Below, piece after piece: positions 59,901-64,000 of a DNA stretch of 64,000 nt. Both the position numbers and the translations under genes were made by a program. The notes below the pieces were generated by a model. That model was not told the origin of the DNA. It worked only from the letters and a program-made list of their open reading frames with translations, and made no database searches. The DNA is from the human T2T-CHM13v2.0 reference genome, Homo sapiens. Positions within the stretch are counted from its first letter, which is position 1. Every line of letters starts with the position of its first letter. The stretch lies in the NCBI RefSeq assembly GCF_009914755.1, contig NC_060928.1; one strand, 5' to 3'.

Positions 59901-62900
59901 TTATGTACAGTATATAATACATACTTTGGGTACTCTGATATTTTATGTACAGTGTATAATACATACTTTGGGTACTTTGATATTTTATGTACAATATATA
60001 ATACATACGTTGGGAACTTTGTTATATTATGTACAGTATATAATACATACTTTGGGTACTTTGATATTTTATCTACAGTATACAACACATAGTTTGTGTA
60101 CTTTGATATTTTAGGTACAGTATATAATACATACTTTGGGTACTTTGATATTTTATGTACAGTATATAATACATACATTGGGTACTTTCATATTTTATGT
60201 ACAGTATATAATATATAGTTTGGTTACTTTGATATTTCATCTACAGCTTATAATACATACTTTGGATACTTTGATACTTTATGTACAGTATATAAGACAT
60301 AATTTGGGTACTTTGTTATTTTATGTACAGTATACAATATATAGTTTGAGTACTTTGATATTTTATGTGCAGTATAAAATATATAGTTTTGGTACTTTCA
60401 TATTTTATGTACAGTATATAGTTTGAGTACTTTGATATTTTATGTACAGTTTTTTATAAATGTTTGGGTGCTTTCATATTTTATGTACAGTATATAATAC
60501 ATACTAAGGGCACTTTGATATTTTATGTACAGTATATAATACATACCTTGGGTACTTTGATATTTTATGTACAGTATATAATACATAGTTTGGGTATTTT
60601 GATACTTTATGTACAGTATATAATACATACTTTGGGTACTTTGATATTTTATGTACAGTATATAATACATACTTTGGGAACTTTGATATTTTATGTACAG
60701 TATGTAGAACATACTTTGGGTACTTTGATATTTTATGTACAGGATATAATGCATACTTTGGGTACTTTGATAGTTTATGTACAGTATATAATACATACTT
60801 TGGGTACTTTGATATTTTATGTATAGTATAAAATATATAGTTTGGGTACTTTGATATTTTATGTACAGTATGTAAAACATACTTTGGGGAGTTTGATATT
60901 TTATGTACAGTATGTAAAACATACTTTGGGGAGTTTGATATTTTATGAACAGTATATAATACACATTTTGTGTACTTTGATATTTTATGTAAAGTATATA
61001 ATACATACTTTGGGTACTTTGATATTTTATGTACAGTATATATTACATACTTTGGGTACTTTGATATTTTATGTACAGTATACAATATATAGTTTGAGTA
61101 CTTTGATATTTTATGTACTGTATAAAATATATAGTTTTGGTACTTTGATATTTTATGTACAGTATATAGTTTGAGTACTTTGATATTTTATGTACAGTTT
61201 GTTATAAATATTTTGGTGCTTTCATATTTTATGTACTGTATATAATACATGCTTTGGGCACTTTGATATTTTATGTACAGTATATAATACATACTTTGGG
61301 TAATCTGATATTTTATGTACAGTGTATAATATATACTTTGGGTACTTTGATATTTTATGTACACTATATAATACATACTATTGGTACTTTGATATTTTAT
61401 GTACAGTATACAATATATAGTTTGAGTACTTTGATATTTTATGTCCAGTATAAAATATACAGATTTCGTACTTTGATATTTTATGTACAGAATATAGTTT
61501 GAGTACTTTGATATTTTATGTACACTTTATTATAAAAGTTTGGGTACTTTCATATTTTACGTACAGTATATAATACATACTTTGGGCACTTTGATGTTTT
61601 ATGCACAGTATATAATACATACTTTGGGTACTTTTATATTTTATGTACAGTATATAATACATAGTTTGGGTACTTTGATATTTAATATACAGTATATAAT
61701 GCACACTTTGCGTACTTTGATATTTTATGTAAAGTATGTAATACATACTTTGGGTAGTTTGATATTTTATGTACAGTATGTAATACACACTTTGGGTACT
61801 TTGATATTTTATGTACAGTATGTAAAACATACTTTGGGTAGTTTGATATATTATGATCAGTATATAATACACATTTTGGGTACTTTGATATTTTATGTAC
61901 AGTGTATAATACATACTTTGGGTACTTTGATATTTTATGTACAGGATATAATGCATACTTTGGGTACTTTGATAGTTTATGTACAGTATATAATACTTAC
62001 TTTGGGTACTTTGATATTTTATATATAGTATAAAATATATAGTTTGGGTAGTTTGATACTTTAAGTATAGTATATGATACATATTTTTAGTACTTAGATA
62101 TTTTATCTACAGTGTATAATAAATACTATGGGTACTTTGATATATTATGTACAATAGATAATACATGCTTTGGGTACTTTGATATTTTATGTACAGTATA
62201 TAATACATACTTTGGGTACTTTGATATTTTATGTACAGTATATAATACATACATTGGGTGCTTTCATATTTCATGTACACTATATAATATATAGTTTGGG
62301 TACTTTGGTATATTATGTACTGTATATAATACATACTTTGAGTATTTTGATATTTTATGTACAGTATATAATACATACTTTGGGTACTTTGATATTTTAT
62401 GTACAGTATATAATGCATAATTTGGGTACTTCAATAGTTTATGCACAGTATATAATACATACTTTGGGTAATTTGATATTTTATGTACAGTATATAATGC
62501 ATACTTTGGGTACTTTGATAGTTTATGTACAGTATACAATACATACTTTGGGTACTTTGATATTTTATGTACAGTATATAATATGTAGTTTGGGTACTTT
62601 GATATTTTAACTACAGTATATAATACATACTTTGGGTACTTTGATATTTTATCTACAGTATATAACAGATACTTTGGGTACTTTGATATATTATGTACAG
62701 TATATAATACATAGTTTGGTTACTTTGATATTTTTTGTACAGTATGTAAAACATACTTTGGGGAGTTTGATATTTTATGAACAGTATATAATACACATTT
62801 TGGGTACTTTGATATTTTATGTACGGTATATAATACATACTTTGGGTACTTTGATATTTTATGTACAGTATATAATTCATACTTTGGGTACTTTGATATT

Positions 62901-62959
62901 TTATGTACAGTATATAATACATACTTTGGGTACTTTGATATTTTATGTACAGTATATAA

Positions 62960-63560
62960 TACATACTTTGGGTACTTTAATATTTTATGTAGAGTATATA
63001 ATACCTACTTTGGGTACTTTGATATTTTGTGGAAAGTATATAATACATGCTTTGGGTAAGTTGATATTTTATGTACAGTATATAATATATAGTTTGGGTA
63101 TTTTGATATTTTATATACAGTATATAATACATACTTTGCCTACTTTGATATTTTTTGTACAGTATATAAAACATACTTTGGGGAGTTTGATATTTTATGA
63201 ACAGTATATAATACACATTTTGGGTACTTTGATATTTTATGTACAGTATATAATACATACTTTGGGTACTTTGATATTTTACGTACAGTATATAATACAT
63301 ACGTTGGGTACTTTGATATTTTATGTACAGTATATAATACATACATTGGGTACTTCGATATTTTATGTGCAGTACCGTATATATAGTTTGGGTATTTTGA
63401 TATTTTATGTCCAGTATAAAATAAATAGTTTTGTTACTTTGATATTTTATGTACAGGTTATAGTTTGAGTACTTTGATATTTAATGTTCAGTTTATTATA
63501 AATGTTTGGGTGCTTTCATATTTTATATACAGTATATAATACATAGTTTGGGCGCCTTGA
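62960..63560. repeat. Diverged paralog of about 51990-52590 (offset 10,972 bp)
   Basis: Shared rare variants ATACCTACTTT, TTTTGTGGA, CATGCTTTGGGTAAG, GTACCGTATAT and ACAGGTTATA. ORFs 52005/62977. Confidence 0.78.
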
Positions 63561-64000
63561 TGTTTTATGTATAGTATATAATACATACTTTGGGTACTTT
63601 GATGTATTATGTACAGTATATAATACATACTTTGGGTACTTTGATATTTTATGTACAGTATATAATACATACTTTGGGTACTTTGATATTTTATGTACAG
63701 TATGTAATACATAATTTGGGTACTTTAATATTTTATGTGTAGTATATAATACATACTTTGGGTACTTTGATATTTTATGTACAGTATATAATACATACAT
63801 TGGGTACTTTCATATTTCATGTACAGTATATAATATATAGTTTGGGTACTTTGGTATATTATGTACTGTATATAATACATACTTTGAGTACTTTGATATT
63901 TTATGTACAGTATATAATACATACTTTGAGTACTTTGATATTTTATGTACAGTATGTAATACATAATTTGGGTACTTTAATATTTTATGTATAGTATATA

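Larger units (their letters stand above)
1..64000. repeat. 42-bp AT-rich tandem satellite array, human satellite 1A (HSat1A / SAR / classical satellite I) type, about 1,500 monomers in one orientation
   Basis: Consensus ACATACTTTGGGTACTTTGATATTTTATGTACAGTATATAAT repeats from the first to the last base. GTAC sites spaced 17 and 25 bp give minus-strand units ACATAAAATATCAAAGT and ACCCAAAGTATGTATTATATACTGT, the A/B units of classical human satellite I. Every ORF shows the matching 14-aa periodicity. Confidence 0.96.

Noticed and set aside
1-64000. CRISPR-like repeat/spacer array
   Set aside because: There are no unique spacers (the whole unit repeats), no leader and no cas genes. The sequence matches a eukaryotic satellite.
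1-64000. Embedded transposons, inversions or unique-sequence islands
   Set aside because: I saw no Alu, L1 or LTR-like sequence, poly(A) tail, GC-rich patch or strand switch (no CCCAAAGTA on +) on reading through. A very short insertion could have been missed.
1-64000. Assignment to a particular chromosome or species
   Set aside because: HSat1A-type arrays occur at several human loci and in related primates. With no unique flank, this needs a k-mer comparison with T2T assemblies.

Overview
All 64 kb is one uninterrupted, single-orientation, very AT-rich tandem array of a 42-bp monomer (+ strand consensus ACATACTTTGGGTACTTTGATATTTTATGTACAGTATATAAT, about 1,500 copies). Its two GTAC (RsaI) sites cut it into alternating 17- and 25-bp units. 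These are the reverse complement of classical human satellite I, so this is HSat1A/SAR-type primate (most likely human) pericentromeric or acrocentric heterochromatin. I see no genes, RNA genes, transposons or CRISPR arrays; all listed ORFs are by-products of a 42-bp (14-codon) repeat. The array is hierarchical. Monomers form roughly 85-90 blocks of about 42n-8 bp, closed by a stereotyped 35-bp + 41-bp boundary pair. Blocks form multi-block units (a recurrent 17-15-21-11 monomer unit of about 2.65 kb, and a 3,284-bp unit). On top sit recent large duplications: an apparently perfect 6,268-bp tandem duplication and a near-perfect 27,772-bp-offset duplication, whose breakpoints and order can be read from the sequence. 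The most interesting functional hypothesis is that the minus strand carries a perfect Pumilio response element (UGUACAUA) in the consensus monomer, so a minus-strand transcript would be a highly multivalent NORAD-like PUM ligand. Offsets come from the ORF track plus manual spot checks, not from a computed alignment.
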